Of a stretch of 36,385 nt of DNA, positions 8,599 to 17,229 are shown piece after piece; the stretch's first letter is position 1; each line of letters begins with the position of its first letter. The stretch is from IMG/VR virus record IMGVR_UViG_2698536369_000022. One strand, written 5' to 3'. The position numbers were made by a program, and so were the translations under genes. Under the pieces are notes generated by a model that did no database searches, was not told the DNA's origin, and saw only the letters and a program-made list of their open reading frames with translations. This stretch comes from a virus. Lineage: Duplodnaviria > Heunggongvirae > Uroviricota > Caudoviricetes.

Positions 8599-9193
8599 CA
8601 TTTTCCTGAGTCTTCCTGGTTGTTTCTTCAGCCTGTATATCGCCTACAGGGTGATAACGATAAATCGTCGATATGCCGATGTCGTAAATGATCGCCAGTT
8701 GTTTCCTGTCATGACCGTTTTTAATCAGCCTCGCTATTTGCGCGTGTTGTTCTTTTGTCAACTTCGGGCGACGTCCGCCAATGCGTCCTTGTGCGCGTGC
8801 TGCTGCCAGCCCGGCCAGTGTACGCTCTACAATTAATTCACGTTCCATTTCGGCTAAAGCCCCCATGACGTGAAAAAAGAAACGCCCCATGGGTGTTGAT
8901 GTGTCAATGCTGTCCGTCAGACTACGGAAATTAACACCTTTTTCCCGCAATTCCTCAATAAGCGTGATCAGGTGTTTCATACTTCTGCCCGGTCTGTCCA
9001 GCTTCCAGACAACCAGCGTATCTCCTTCTGATAGCGTTCTGAGCAGTTTTTTCAATCCCGGTCTGGCTGATTTCGTTCCGCTGATTTTATCTTCAAAAAT
9101 TAGTTCACATCCTGCGCACTCCAGCGCGTTACGCTGCAATTCTGTATTCTGGTCATTTGTTGATACGCGGACATAGCCAATAAGCATGATCAT
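8588..9193 (-). CDS. Serine DNA invertase (Hin/Gin/Cin/Pin family)
   Basis: MIMLIGYVRVSTNDQNTELQRNAL...LVVWKLDRPGRS...GRFFFHVMGALAEMERELIVERTLAGLAAARAQGRIGGRRPKLT closely matches Hin (MATIGYIRVSTIDQNIDLQRNAL...GRFFFHVMSALAEMERELIVERT..); catalytic Ser in YVRVST; C-terminal HTH. Confidence 0.9.
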   Translation of the reverse strand: MIMLIGYVRVSTNDQNTELQRNALECAGCELIFEDKISGTKSARPGLKKLLRTLSEGDTLVVWKLDRPGRSMKHLITLIEELREKGVNFRSLTDSIDTSTPMGRFFFHVMGALAEMERELIVERTLAGLAAARAQGRIGGRRPKLTKEQHAQIARLIKNGHDRKQLAIIYDIGISTIYRYHPVGDIQAEETTRKTQENENR

Positions 9194-9214
9194 CCCCCTG
9201 AATAAAAACCGGAG

Positions 9215-9610
9215 ATGATGCCAGTTAGCCGTAATCTCTGCATTTTCTTAAACGTTGGTTTGGGAGAAGCGGCAAAACGAAATGTAGGAACAGGTTCAGG
9301 TCAGATACCGGATATGAGTTCTTTTTCTGGCAGCATTGCCAGCAAGGGATATCAGAAGTTACCGGGAGGATTGATTATCCAATGGGGGGCAGGAGATGCA
9401 GGTACGGGTTATGTAGGCTCGACAGGCAATGAGATGAATTTCCCAATCGCTTTTCCGTCACAATGTTTTCAGGTGGTGACGTCCTACGATAATGGTGGAG
9501 GAAAAATTGTTGCCGGGGCAGCAGGGAATATGACCAGGACAGGATTTCTTCTACGCTGTGATGCTTCTGGTGGCAATTATAATTTTCGCTGGTTTGCAAT
9601 AGGGTGCTGA
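9215..9610 (+). CDS. Promoterless alternative tail-fibre C-terminal cassette (Hv'), expressed only after inversion
   Basis: Shares the GLGE crossover peptide with gene H, then a 113-aa Gly-rich C-terminal domain; opposite orientation to H; the N-terminal 12 codons of the track ORF are probably not translated. Confidence 0.6.
   Translation: MMPVSRNLCIFLNVGLGEAAKRNVGTGSGQIPDMSSFSGSIASKGYQKLPGGLIIQWGAGDAGTGYVGSTGNEMNFPIAFPSQCFQVVTSYDNGGGKIVAGAAGNMTRTGFLLRCDASGGNYNFRWFAIGC
9243..9268. promoter_or_regulatory. hix/gix-like 26-bp inversion site (right)
   Basis: TTTTCTTAAACG-TT-GGTTTGGGAGAA inside codons NVGLGE of the alternative tail-fibre cassette; resembles hixL TTCTTGAAAACC-AA-GGTTTTTGATAA. Confidence 0.65.
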
Positions 9611-9611
9611 T

Positions 9612-10055
9612 ATGAGTAATTATTATTTTTCACGGACGACGTTAGCTTTTTATCCGGTAGATATGCTGGAGCTATATCGCTCATATGACAGCTTACCGGA
9701 TGATATTACGCCAGTATCTGATGAAATATTTTTGACTTATTCAGGAACACCACCTGAAGGGAAAGCGCGCGGTGCAAATGATGATGGACAACCTGAGTGG
9801 GTTGATATTCCACCAATGACTCCTGAAGAAGCAATACTCCTTGCCACAGCTCAAAAACAAAATCTTATTGATAATGCCAACGAATATATGAACAGTAAGC
9901 AATGGCCTGGCAAAGCAGCTATTGGTCGTCTGAAAGGTGACGAACTGGCGCAATATAATTTGTGGCTGGATTATCTGGACGCACTGGAACTGGTCGATAC
10001 TTCCAGTGCGCCAGATTTTGAATGGCCTACGCCTCCGGCAGTTCAGGCCAGATGA
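9612..10055 (+). CDS. Tail fibre assembly chaperone (alternative, Tfa')
   Basis: 147 aa; C-terminus ..LDYLDALELVDTSSAPDFEWPTPP parallels the C-terminus of the minus-strand Tfa (..LDYIDAVEATDTSTAPDVIWPELP); directly follows the alternative fibre cassette. Confidence 0.8.
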   Translation: MSNYYFSRTTLAFYPVDMLELYRSYDSLPDDITPVSDEIFLTYSGTPPEGKARGANDDGQPEWVDIPPMTPEEAILLATAQKQNLIDNANEYMNSKQWPGKAAIGRLKGDELAQYNLWLDYLDALELVDTSSAPDFEWPTPPAVQAR

Positions 10056-10629
10056 CATCAGGCGCGGTGCTGGTATCTGTTGCCTCCACCGCGTCAATGT
10101 AATCCAGCACAGCGTTTAGACGGGTTGTTTCTGCCTGCGTCAGTTTACGTCCGGCCTGCAATTTCAGTTGAATCAGACTGATGGAAGTCATTGCTGCATC
10201 AATCAGTGACTGGCGCTGTGCTTCTGCCGCGTCTACTGCGGCACCGTGTTGTGCCTCAGTATCTGCCACCCATTTTTCACCATCCCATTTATCGTATGGC
10301 GTTAACGGGGCGATAGTGGTTGTTTTTTCGGGGTAATCACCCGGAGTTGTGATTTCTTTGGCGTCTCCCGTTTCGGTGTTATAGACGATTTCACCGCGAT
10401 GGTCTGGCACATATTCCCATGAGTTTAAATCCATCGAACGGCAGATAGCATAACCCGCCTTATGTGTGCCAGGGGCATCTAAACAGGAATATGCAGGGAT
10501 ACCGACGCCAACAGCAAGATATTCATTTGAAGTGGAAATATATTCTCGAGTTTCACCATCATAGTTATAGACGGTAATATTCCCTGCTTTGGTGGCGATA
10601 ATCTCGCTATTTAATATGGCGTTATCCAT
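10027..10629 (-). CDS. G: Tail fibre assembly chaperone G
   Basis: 200 aa immediately downstream of H; conserved Tfa C-terminal motif; 3' ends of the two tfa genes overlap convergently. Confidence 0.85.
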   Translation of the reverse strand: MDNAILNSEIIATKAGNITVYNYDGETREYISTSNEYLAVGVGIPAYSCLDAPGTHKAGYAICRSMDLNSWEYVPDHRGEIVYNTETGDAKEITTPGDYPEKTTTIAPLTPYDKWDGEKWVADTEAQHGAAVDAAEAQRQSLIDAAMTSISLIQLKLQAGRKLTQAETTRLNAVLDYIDAVEATDTSTAPDVIWPELPEA

Positions 10630-12254
10630 TATGCAGCCCTCACAATATAGTTAAATGCAATATTCCTTGGTCGAACCCTAAAACCAGCCCCTGCGCCTGC
10701 TCCAGTTGGTAGCAATTCGATAGAGGGGTATGCTGTTGCAGTGGAATATAAACCTTCACGGGAATCATAATCAGTCGTCATATAGTTAGACGCATTATCA
10801 GAAACAGTTTCTGTCGGTCTGGTAACCAGACGATAAGAGCCAGTGGTTGTTGACCTGACCAGACCAAAACTTTCAACCAGAGTGGCTTTTTGAAAGCTTA
10901 ATAATCCACGACCACTGTCAGCTCCGCGCCCATCATCCCAGCCACGAATAAACTCACCACGTAAATCAGGCAATTTATTTGTCGGATAAGCCTTTGCCAG
11001 TTCCGGGTATTCTTCAGCAGAAAAAGCTGCACCGTTGCATTTCAGCCAGCCTGTCGGCGGAGTGGCTGAAGGCCATGGAACAGGTACACCAACAGGTAAT
11101 GCCGAACCTTCTCCCAAACCAAGGTAATCAAGAACTCCCTGAGTGCTGGTTTTACCAAGAATGGCACGTCCAACACTTGTCAACGCGGTTAACGCGGCAC
11201 GATCTGCCCCTGTAAAATATGGGAGTTTATCTGCTGATGTAGCAAGCTCTGCCAGCGCCGTCAGGGTGGCATCCTTCGGTTGCTTACCCGCAAGCGCGTT
11301 AGTCATGGTGGTCGCAAAATTCGGGTCATTGCCCAGCGCCGCAGCCAGTTCGTTCAGCGTGTTCAGTGCATCAGGTGACGAATCTACAAGTGCGGCAATC
11401 GCGGCCATAACGAAAGCCGTGCTTGCGATCTGGGTACTATTAGTCCCCTGTGGCGCTGTTGGTGTTGTTGGCGTTCCGGTCAGTGCCGGGCTGTTTAATG
11501 GTGCTTTCTTGTTCGTTTCATCCATTACCGCCTTAACAGATTTTGGTGTCGCTGCCAGCGTTTCAGACGTGCTGTTCGTGGCGCTACTGAGCTGAACAAT
11601 CCCTTTTTGTGTAGTGGTGGCGTTCTGGGCGGTATATTTCCCGTTAGCCAGGTCATATGCAGCCTTAACCGCTTTCGGTGTTGCGGCCAGTGTTTCTGAT
11701 TCACTGTTAATTGCACTGCTTAACTGAGTAAAACCTTTTACGGTCAGCGAGGCGTCCGGGTGACGACGTGACTGTTCGTGCTCTGAGATTTTATCATCCA
11801 CATATTTGCGGGTTGCCAGAACCACAGACGGGTCGATTTTCAGCGTGATGGCTTCGGTGTTCGTGACAACCAGAATCATGCGGATAGTCTGGGTGCGTCC
11901 ACTGCCTTCCTGCAACTGCGGTTTGTACGTTTCCGGGCAGTTTGCCACCGCAATGAGTACACCTTCATCATCATAAAGACCAATCTCACGGATCCAGAAT
12001 CCTCCCTCGTTTTCAGGGATGATTTGCTCCGCAATAATCTGGCTCTGATTGTTAGGGTCAACACTCAGAAGATTCAGCGGTGCAATGCGTTTCTGGTTAA
12101 TCAGTTTTGTTTGTGCAGGGTCTGGTGTTGGTAACACACCATTTGCATCACCAACGGCCATTTGCGTCAGATTCAGCTTACTGCCGAGCATCGTCGCGTT
12201 AGCCAGTCGTGCCGCGCCCTGATTAGTCAGAATGGCGTAGTATTTCACTGTCAT
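10629..12254 (-). CDS. H: Tail fibre protein H (constant N-terminal part plus currently expressed variable C-terminus)
   Basis: N-terminal ..TQMAVGDANG..FWIREIGLYDDEGVLIAVAN..YKPQL.EGSGR and the repeats HEQSRRHPDASLTVKGFTQLSSA / TQKGIVQLSSATNSTSETLAATPK match P2 gpH from memory. Confidence 0.9.
   Translation of the reverse strand: MTVKYYAILTNQGAARLANATMLGSKLNLTQMAVGDANGVLPTPDPAQTKLINQKRIAPLNLLSVDPNNQSQIIAEQIIPENEGGFWIREIGLYDDEGVLIAVANCPETYKPQLQEGSGRTQTIRMILVVTNTEAITLKIDPSVVLATRKYVDDKISEHEQSRRHPDASLTVKGFTQLSSAINSESETLAATPKAVKAAYDLANGKYTAQNATTTQKGIVQLSSATNSTSETLAATPKSVKAVMDETNKKAPLNSPALTGTPTTPTAPQGTNSTQIASTAFVMAAIAALVDSSPDALNTLNELAAALGNDPNFATTMTNALAGKQPKDATLTALAELATSADKLPYFTGADRAALTALTSVGRAILGKTSTQGVLDYLGLGEGSALPVGVPVPWPSATPPTGWLKCNGAAFSAEEYPELAKAYPTNKLPDLRGEFIRGWDDGRGADSGRGLLSFQKATLVESFGLVRSTTTGSYRLVTRPTETVSDNASNYMTTDYDSREGLYSTATAYPSIELLPTGAGAGAGFRVRPRNIAFNYIVRAA
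11109..11134. promoter_or_regulatory. hix/gix-like 26-bp inversion site (left), inside gene H
   Basis: Plus strand TTCTCCCAAACC-AA-GGTAATCAAGAA, encoding LGLGE of H on the minus strand; the TTCTCCCAAACC half-site is shared in inverted orientation with the site near 9250. Confidence 0.65.
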
Positions 12255-12859
12255 GCGTTTACTCTCAGATTATCAATTAAATGAATGGCCGGGGCAGGGA
12301 AATAATCCCCTTCGACAATAATGGACTCCGGGGTGTAGGGATAAACCGTCAGGGCATCGCCGTGATAGCATCCCGTACCAACGAAAATCTTTCCGTTCAC
12401 ACTCAGGCTGATCGCCAGCCCCGTCAGATGGCGACTTACTGGTTTTGCATCCGCAATAAGGCGCTCAAGTTCCTGATACATTTCATCGGTGATGCCCTGA
12501 TCAAGTACTCCGACAACAATGCGAAATGTTCCTGGCTCCTCGTTGAGTTGCCACCACTCCTTTACTTCAATCAGGTAGCCGAGAGGCTCCACGGCTCTTC
12601 GCAGTGCGCTGATGGTCCCTTTGTGTCGGTGTATCAGCCATGCATCACGAATCACCTGTCGCTTTGTCTCTTCCGGCCAGTTGCGATCCCAGCGGTCAAC
12701 GGAAAACGCCCAGGCGAGATAAGGCAGCAGATGCACCGGGCAGGTGTCCGGCGACCACAGCGTGTTGAGATCTACCGGAATGTCTGTAATGCGTGTTCCG
12801 ACAGCTTCGGCACAACGCATGAAATTGCTGGCTGATGGTGGTAACAACGAATTACTCAT
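12251..12859 (-). CDS. I: Baseplate protein I
   Basis: MSNSLLPP..LWSPDTCP.HLLPYLAWAFSVDRWD.NWPEETKR...IHRHKGTI...EPLGYL...GITDEMYQELERLIADAKPVSRHLTG matches P2 gpI; start taken at the internal MSNSLLPP Met. Confidence 0.85.
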   Translation of the reverse strand: MSNSLLPPSASNFMRCAEAVGTRITDIPVDLNTLWSPDTCPVHLLPYLAWAFSVDRWDRNWPEETKRQVIRDAWLIHRHKGTISALRRAVEPLGYLIEVKEWWQLNEEPGTFRIVVGVLDQGITDEMYQELERLIADAKPVSRHLTGLAISLSVNGKIFVGTGCYHGDALTVYPYTPESIIVEGDYFPAPAIHLIDNLRVNA

Positions 12860-13748
12860 TACGCCCACCTTCGCTGATGGTGAATGACTCACAGCGCGCC
12901 GCCTGTATGTCGCTGATGGCCATATTCTGTGTGGGTTCGATTATCTCCACGCGTTGCACACCGTGCACATGCAGTGCGGCAGCAATGGCGGACAACGCCA
13001 CGTCCTGACCGATAAGCCCCTGTTCAGCCAGCCACTTCCTGAACGACGATTCAGCCGCGGCCAGAATAGGTTCGGATTCCGGGCCGGGGTAAAAGTACAG
13101 TTTTGCATTCAGCCGCCATGTCACGATTCTGGCGCTCTGTACGGTCAGGCGGTCGGCCACCGGGCGGGTATCCTCTGCATTCAGAACGGCGCGAACGGTA
13201 TTAAGCAACGCCTCCGTTGCTGTGCCGTCGCCTTCAGTGGACAGGATGGAAACCGTCACACAGGCCGGAGACGGACTGATAGCCCGCGCATCGCGCACCA
13301 GACCGCTGGCGCTGCGGGCAAAATACTCGTATGCACCTGACGGGCCAGCAACACTCAGGCCGTCGTACGCCCGCTGCGCCCGCAGTCTCAGCGAGGTGTC
13401 GCTCTCCATCACCGCGTCGGTGGTATCCGTTGCCGGAGTGATAACCAGGCGCTTTGTGTTCATATTGCCCGCGAGGTTGTCCAGGTCTGTCCCGGCGCTG
13501 TGGCTTAACATGCAGGCGCGTGCACCCTCATTGACCCGCTGGCGTAACAGCATTTCACGAAACGACATGGTTTGAGCGATAACGTTCAGGGGTTCCGATT
13601 CCAGCTCCAGCGCGGCGGAAACGGCTTCACGCTGTTCGGCGGGATAGGACGCAATCATCATGGCTTTTGTGTCAGCCAGAATTGCTTCAAAGTCAGGCTC
13701 CGCGATGATGGCGGGTTCCGGTAACTGGGAAAGGTCAACGGCGGGCAT
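12852..13748 (-). CDS. J: Baseplate protein J
   Basis: 298 aa between W and I in the conserved V-W-J-I order; sequence character of baseplate J family. Confidence 0.8.
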   Translation of the reverse strand: MPAVDLSQLPEPAIIAEPDFEAILADTKAMMIASYPAEQREAVSAALELESEPLNVIAQTMSFREMLLRQRVNEGARACMLSHSAGTDLDNLAGNMNTKRLVITPATDTTDAVMESDTSLRLRAQRAYDGLSVAGPSGAYEYFARSASGLVRDARAISPSPACVTVSILSTEGDGTATEALLNTVRAVLNAEDTRPVADRLTVQSARIVTWRLNAKLYFYPGPESEPILAAAESSFRKWLAEQGLIGQDVALSAIAAALHVHGVQRVEIIEPTQNMAISDIQAARCESFTISEGGRNE

Positions 13749-13751
13749 GAT

Positions 13752-14102
13752 TTACTCCCTCAGCGTGATGGTTAACTCAACATTCTGCATGGTCTGCATG
13801 ACAGTGCCCGACAGCGTCACCCCGGCGCGGCCTCCCGCTTTCCAGACAACGTCGATGGCATCCAGGGCAATGCGGGGTTCCCATCGTGTCAGCGCAATCA
13901 CGGCAGCACTCATGCATTGCAGACGCGTGGTGTTATTCATGGGTTCGTCAATCAAATCAGGCACAAGGCTGCCATATTCCCGTCGCATAACCCGGCTGGC
14001 CAGCGGGGTGGTCAGGATATCCCTGACTGACTGTTTCAGGTGCTCCATATCATTCAGGTTTCCCGTTCCGTCCGGGTTCATTCCTGTGTAGCGGGTTGTC
14101 AC
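13752..14102 (-). CDS. W: Baseplate wedge protein W (gp25-like)
   Basis: 116 aa, position between V and J. Confidence 0.8.
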   Translation of the reverse strand: MTTRYTGMNPDGTGNLNDMEHLKQSVRDILTTPLASRVMRREYGSLVPDLIDEPMNNTTRLQCMSAAVIALTRWEPRIALDAIDVVWKAGGRAGVTLSGTVMQTMQNVELTITLRE

Positions 14103-14680
14103 TGCGGGCCTCCTGTCGAATCGCTGCCACCTTTAACACCACCGTGTTTATGCGTATGCACTGTGATGCCGTTTGAGGTGAAATCGCCGCCGCTGTGCGT
14201 GATATTGCCGCTCATCTTTCCCCCTTTTGTGACGTCAAGCGTCGCTGTTCTCAGAAGGTTTGTGCATTCCACGACGGGCGTATCCAGTGTCACGCTGACG
14301 GATGCCTGCAGGGTGGCTGTTTTCATGCCGCTGGCGCTCAGTGCGCCTGCGTCTGCGTCGTAGCGGAACACCGCGCCATCCGGCGCGCTGACCACGATTT
14401 CTTTCAGGCTTTTGCCGGGGGCCGGACTGGCATCACTCCACAGGCTGCCAATTATCATGGCGGTTTCCGGGTTGCCGCCAATGCAGGCAATTACCACCTG
14501 TTCGCCTGGTGATGGCGGCAGCCACACATTGAAGGCTCCCGCGCGCGTGGTGTTCCAGCGCAACCAGCCTGTTTCCAGTTCGCCGCTGCGAACGCGCACG
14601 CGCCAGGACTTCTCATCAACTTCAGAGATGATCCCGGTGCGGATGATATTGCTCAGCAGTCGCATGAGTTCTGCGCTCAC
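14099..14680 (-). CDS. V: Baseplate spike/assembly protein V
   Basis: 193 aa, Gly-rich C-terminus HTHKHGGVKGGSDSTGG, position after S. Confidence 0.8.
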   Translation of the reverse strand: MSAELMRLLSNIIRTGIISEVDEKSWRVRVRSGELETGWLRWNTTRAGAFNVWLPPSPGEQVVIACIGGNPETAMIIGSLWSDASPAPGKSLKEIVVSAPDGAVFRYDADAGALSASGMKTATLQASVSVTLDTPVVECTNLLRTATLDVTKGGKMSGNITHSGGDFTSNGITVHTHKHGGVKGGSDSTGGPQ

Positions 14681-15321
14681 CGTACAGCCTCCGCAATCCG
14701 GCCCAGCACCGTGTTATAAATCAGGCGCTCATCTGCCTGGCTGATACCCAGCAGCTCACGTACCGGGTAATCGGTGAAAATGCCCGACGCAACCTGATCG
14801 CGCTCACCGAACTGATGAACGCGGGCAATACGTGCGGCCACGCCGCTGTAACCCACCGTCACACCGGAAGCATCTGCACGGGCTTTCAGGTAGCGGGCGG
14901 TGCGCAGTTTTACGAACATGGGGACGCGCTTTGTGCTGTCCTGGTTGATGCGCCGGGTGCGTATTTCCAGAAAGCGGTCGATGTCATCCCGGTAAAACGT
15001 GCGGATGCTGTTTTTATCCTCATCCCACCCGGTGATGGTTCGCCCGTATTTCCCCGTGTCGTGATGCCAGTTTTTCAGCGTGCGTGCTTCGTTATTCCAG
15101 ATAAAGCGAATGCGTTCCTGTATCCGGGTTACGCGGCGTCTGCGTGGTGTCCATGCGGTCCCGTCCGGCGCTTTCTGTGACCGGATGCGCGCCTGCTGGG
15201 CGCGGCGTAAATCCTGTGCCAGCTTTCTGGCGATGTTATTGATGGCCTGCTGATTCAGGCTGTCGCGGATAGCCTCAAAGGTTTCATCCACGCGGGTGAA
15301 TGCCTTATCCATCGCTTTCAC
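14677..15321 (-). CDS. S: Virion morphogenesis / tail completion protein S
   Basis: 214 aa with ..APDGTAWTP.. and ..ARVHQFG.. motifs recalled from gpS-family proteins; position R-S-V. Confidence 0.7.
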   Translation of the reverse strand: MKAMDKAFTRVDETFEAIRDSLNQQAINNIARKLAQDLRRAQQARIRSQKAPDGTAWTPRRRRVTRIQERIRFIWNNEARTLKNWHHDTGKYGRTITGWDEDKNSIRTFYRDDIDRFLEIRTRRINQDSTKRVPMFVKLRTARYLKARADASGVTVGYSGVAARIARVHQFGERDQVASGIFTDYPVRELLGISQADERLIYNTVLGRIAEAVR

Positions 15322-15772
15322 CCCACGTCACACCCTGGAATACATGCGACCAGTCGCCTTCGGAAGATGGCAGGCGGGGTTTTGGCTCCGGCAGGTGTTC
15401 TGCCTGCGGTGTCCCCTGACTGTTGCGCGTAATGCGAACGCGTTCCCGCAGGGGGAGCGTAAACAGGAGATCGGCGCTGTCATCGTCATTGATAACGGCG
15501 GAAAATTTGATGTCCTGATTACGCTCCGGATTGAGCAACAATTGCGGCTGATTTTCGGATAACCACGCCAGTAGCGGCAGCGTGAGGTCGTCCAGCTCCC
15601 CGGCGTAATCCATGACAAACATCACCATCTGATAGCGGTAAACAAACGAGGGCGTTTCTCCGGTCGTTTCAATGTTGCCGCTCTCCACGAAAATGGTGAA
15701 TTTTTCCAGGTTGGCCTGACACCATCGGCATGAACGGGTCATGGCTTCACGCAGGGAATCAGTTTTCAGCAT
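15305..15772 (-). CDS. R: Tail completion protein R
   Basis: MLKTDSLREAMT...FVESGNIET...PLLAWLSENQPQLL resembles P2 gpR (MLKPDSLRRALT...PVLAWLRENQPDIM). Confidence 0.8.
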   Translation of the reverse strand: MLKTDSLREAMTRSCRWCQANLEKFTIFVESGNIETTGETPSFVYRYQMVMFVMDYAGELDDLTLPLLAWLSENQPQLLLNPERNQDIKFSAVINDDDSADLLFTLPLRERVRITRNSQGTPQAEHLPEPKPRLPSSEGDWSHVFQGVTWGESDG

Positions 15773-16079
15773 GGTTGTTGTCCTCGTTGTTCAGTCGTTG
15801 CAGCCTGCGCTGTTCCAGTAATTCAATGGCCCGTTTATCCGCGTTACAGGTTTCCAGTGCATCCAGAAGGCGGTCGCCCCATATACCGAGATTTCCCCAT
15901 GTGGGAGTGTCAGGGAAGGGGGGGGGCGTTACCGGTATGGTCAGCGTCTGCGGGATAAGCCGGACTGACGGCGCTGGCCGTGGCGCGTTCTGCGTGCCTG
16001 CGCAACCTGTCAGTAAAACGAGCGTCAGGCAAAGCGTGGGCGCATTCATCTTTTGCAATATCGTTGCGTAGCTGTTCAC
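15759..16079 (-). CDS. lysC: Outer-membrane lipoprotein spanin (LysC/Rz1-like), nested in the lysB region in another frame
   Basis: N-terminus ..MNAPTLCLTLVLLTGCAG contains a lipobox (LLTGC), followed by a Pro-rich segment; start may be the internal Met near 16049. Confidence 0.65.
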   Translation of the reverse strand: MNSYATILQKMNAPTLCLTLVLLTGCAGTQNAPRPAPSVRLIPQTLTIPVTPPPFPDTPTWGNLGIWGDRLLDALETCNADKRAIELLEQRRLQRLNNEDNNHAEN

Positions 16080-16317
16080 GTCTGGCCTCTCCGTCCTGAT
16101 TGCGTTGCTGATTTTCCGCGCGGAGTTGTGCCAGCACCTGCTGCATATCCTGTACCCCGGTGCTGATGATATTCAGGGTGTCGACGGTACTTTTCAGGGT
16201 GCTGGCCTGCGCTTCGTTTCTGGCGTTCTCCCGGCCCAGCGACCACGACAGACGCATGGATTCTCCCCATGCGGCAATCAGAAGGAAAGCGACGCCCAGC
16301 GTGGGCCAGAGCTTCAT
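15910..16317 (-). CDS. lysB: Inner-membrane spanin (LysB/Rz-like)
   Basis: From internal Met MKLWPTLGVAFLLIAAWGE (N-terminal TM) followed by a coiled-coil-like region; the track ORF upstream extension overlaps the endolysin gene and is unlikely to be coding. Confidence 0.7.
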   Translation of the reverse strand: MKLWPTLGVAFLLIAAWGESMRLSWSLGRENARNEAQASTLKSTVDTLNIISTGVQDMQQVLAQLRAENQQRNQDGEARREQLRNDIAKDECAHALPDARFTDRLRRHAERATASAVSPAYPADADHTGNAPPLP

Positions 16318-16706
16318 GCCGGATAGGCTCCGTGTGGTAACTGAAAATGCGGTCCGTCTTTCAGGGTCTTCCAGTCGCCGCCCCATTCCACCGGAATATT
16401 CAGCTCCCGGCTGGCCTGTCTGAATGCTGCTGCGATTTTTTCGTACAGCGGCCATTCCCATGACACCTGGCTGCCGATATAAGCCACAACATCCACGGCA
16501 TGTCCCGTAAGGTGGCGGCTGTTCATGGTCTGGCTCTTACCTGTGGCCACAAGTTGCTTCTGGCGGTAACGGCTGCGCAACCCTTCGGTGATACCAAAAT
16601 CCACTTCCGAAATTTCCAGTGCCCGTCGGGTCACTTTCACCAGATCAGGATTTACGCCCTGCAAATTCTTTTCGCTCCGGCTGCTGAATTTAAATGTGTT
16701 GCTCAT
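16314..16706 (-). CDS. Endolysin, peptidase M15-type (L-alanyl-D-glutamate peptidase)
   Basis: 130 aa with DFGITEGLRS..RQKQLVATGKSQTMNSRHLTGHAVDVVAY...WEWPLYEKIAAAFRQASRELNIPVEWGGDWKTLKDGPHFQL, matching the M15 endolysin family as I recall it (His/Asp zinc ligands). Confidence 0.8.
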   Translation of the reverse strand: MSNTFKFSSRSEKNLQGVNPDLVKVTRRALEISEVDFGITEGLRSRYRQKQLVATGKSQTMNSRHLTGHAVDVVAYIGSQVSWEWPLYEKIAAAFRQASRELNIPVEWGGDWKTLKDGPHFQLPHGAYPA

Positions 16707-17026
16707 TCGTCCTTCTCCTTCACCCTGCGATTAAAGGCCGCAATAACCTTGTCGCGTGCTTTCTCTGCACCCATAAAACCGATTGATGCGCCGATAAACG
16801 TCACGGCATCTTCAGGAAAACCGAAGAAGCGCAACGACCCGGCCACGGCCATGGCAAGAACGCCGCACGCCAGCGATCCCGTTACGGTCTGAACCAGAGT
16901 TCGTCCGTCATAAAGACTCATCAGCGCGGAAATGCTGACCGCCGCGCCTACTGCATACACCGTTGGCAGGTGGTCAAAGAGCCACGCAATAACCTGCTCT
17001 GTGATCCCTGTTTGAATGGTGCTCAC
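16703..17026 (-). CDS. Y: Holin (P2 Y position)
   Basis: GTG start preceded by GGGGGAG gives about 107 aa with hydrophobic helices (VIAWLFDHLPTVYAVGAAVSISALM; GSLACGVLAMAVAGSL) and charged C-terminus; the track ORF's Arg/Gly-rich extension is unlikely to be real. Confidence 0.7.
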   Translation of the reverse strand: MSTIQTGITEQVIAWLFDHLPTVYAVGAAVSISALMSLYDGRTLVQTVTGSLACGVLAMAVAGSLRFFGFPEDAVTFIGASIGFMGAEKARDKVIAAFNRRVKEKDE

Positions 17027-17028
17027 TG

Positions 17029-17229
17029 CTACTCCCCCCACAACTGAATCATTTCTCGTTTCTTCTTCTCCGGCTCCGGCATCTCCACTTCCTGCCCGGC
17101 GTCCAGAAATACCTGCTGACAGAGTCCGGGGTTGGCATCCAGCACCTTTTCGGTGACGCCCTGCGTCGTGCCGTAGTACCGGAAACAGAGCGAATCCACG
17201 GTGTCGCCTTCCAGTGCCTTCACTTTCAT
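17029..17229 (-). CDS. X: Tail protein X (LysM-like)
   Basis: MKVKALEGDTVDSLCFRYYGTTQGVTEKVLDANPGL..VEMPEP resembles P2 gpX (MKTFALQGDTLDAICVRYYGRTEGVVETVLAANPGL); start at the internal Met. Confidence 0.85.
   Translation of the reverse strand: MKVKALEGDTVDSLCFRYYGTTQGVTEKVLDANPGLCQQVFLDAGQEVEMPEPEKKKREMIQLWGE

Larger units (their letters stand above)
9256..11121. other. Invertible tail-fibre segment (about 1.87 kb) between the two hix-like cores
   Basis: Inverted 26-bp sites at about 9243-9268 and 11109-11134 flank Hv-tfa and tfa'-Hv' in head-to-head arrangement, next to the invertase gene, as in the Mu G and P1 C segments. Confidence 0.65.
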
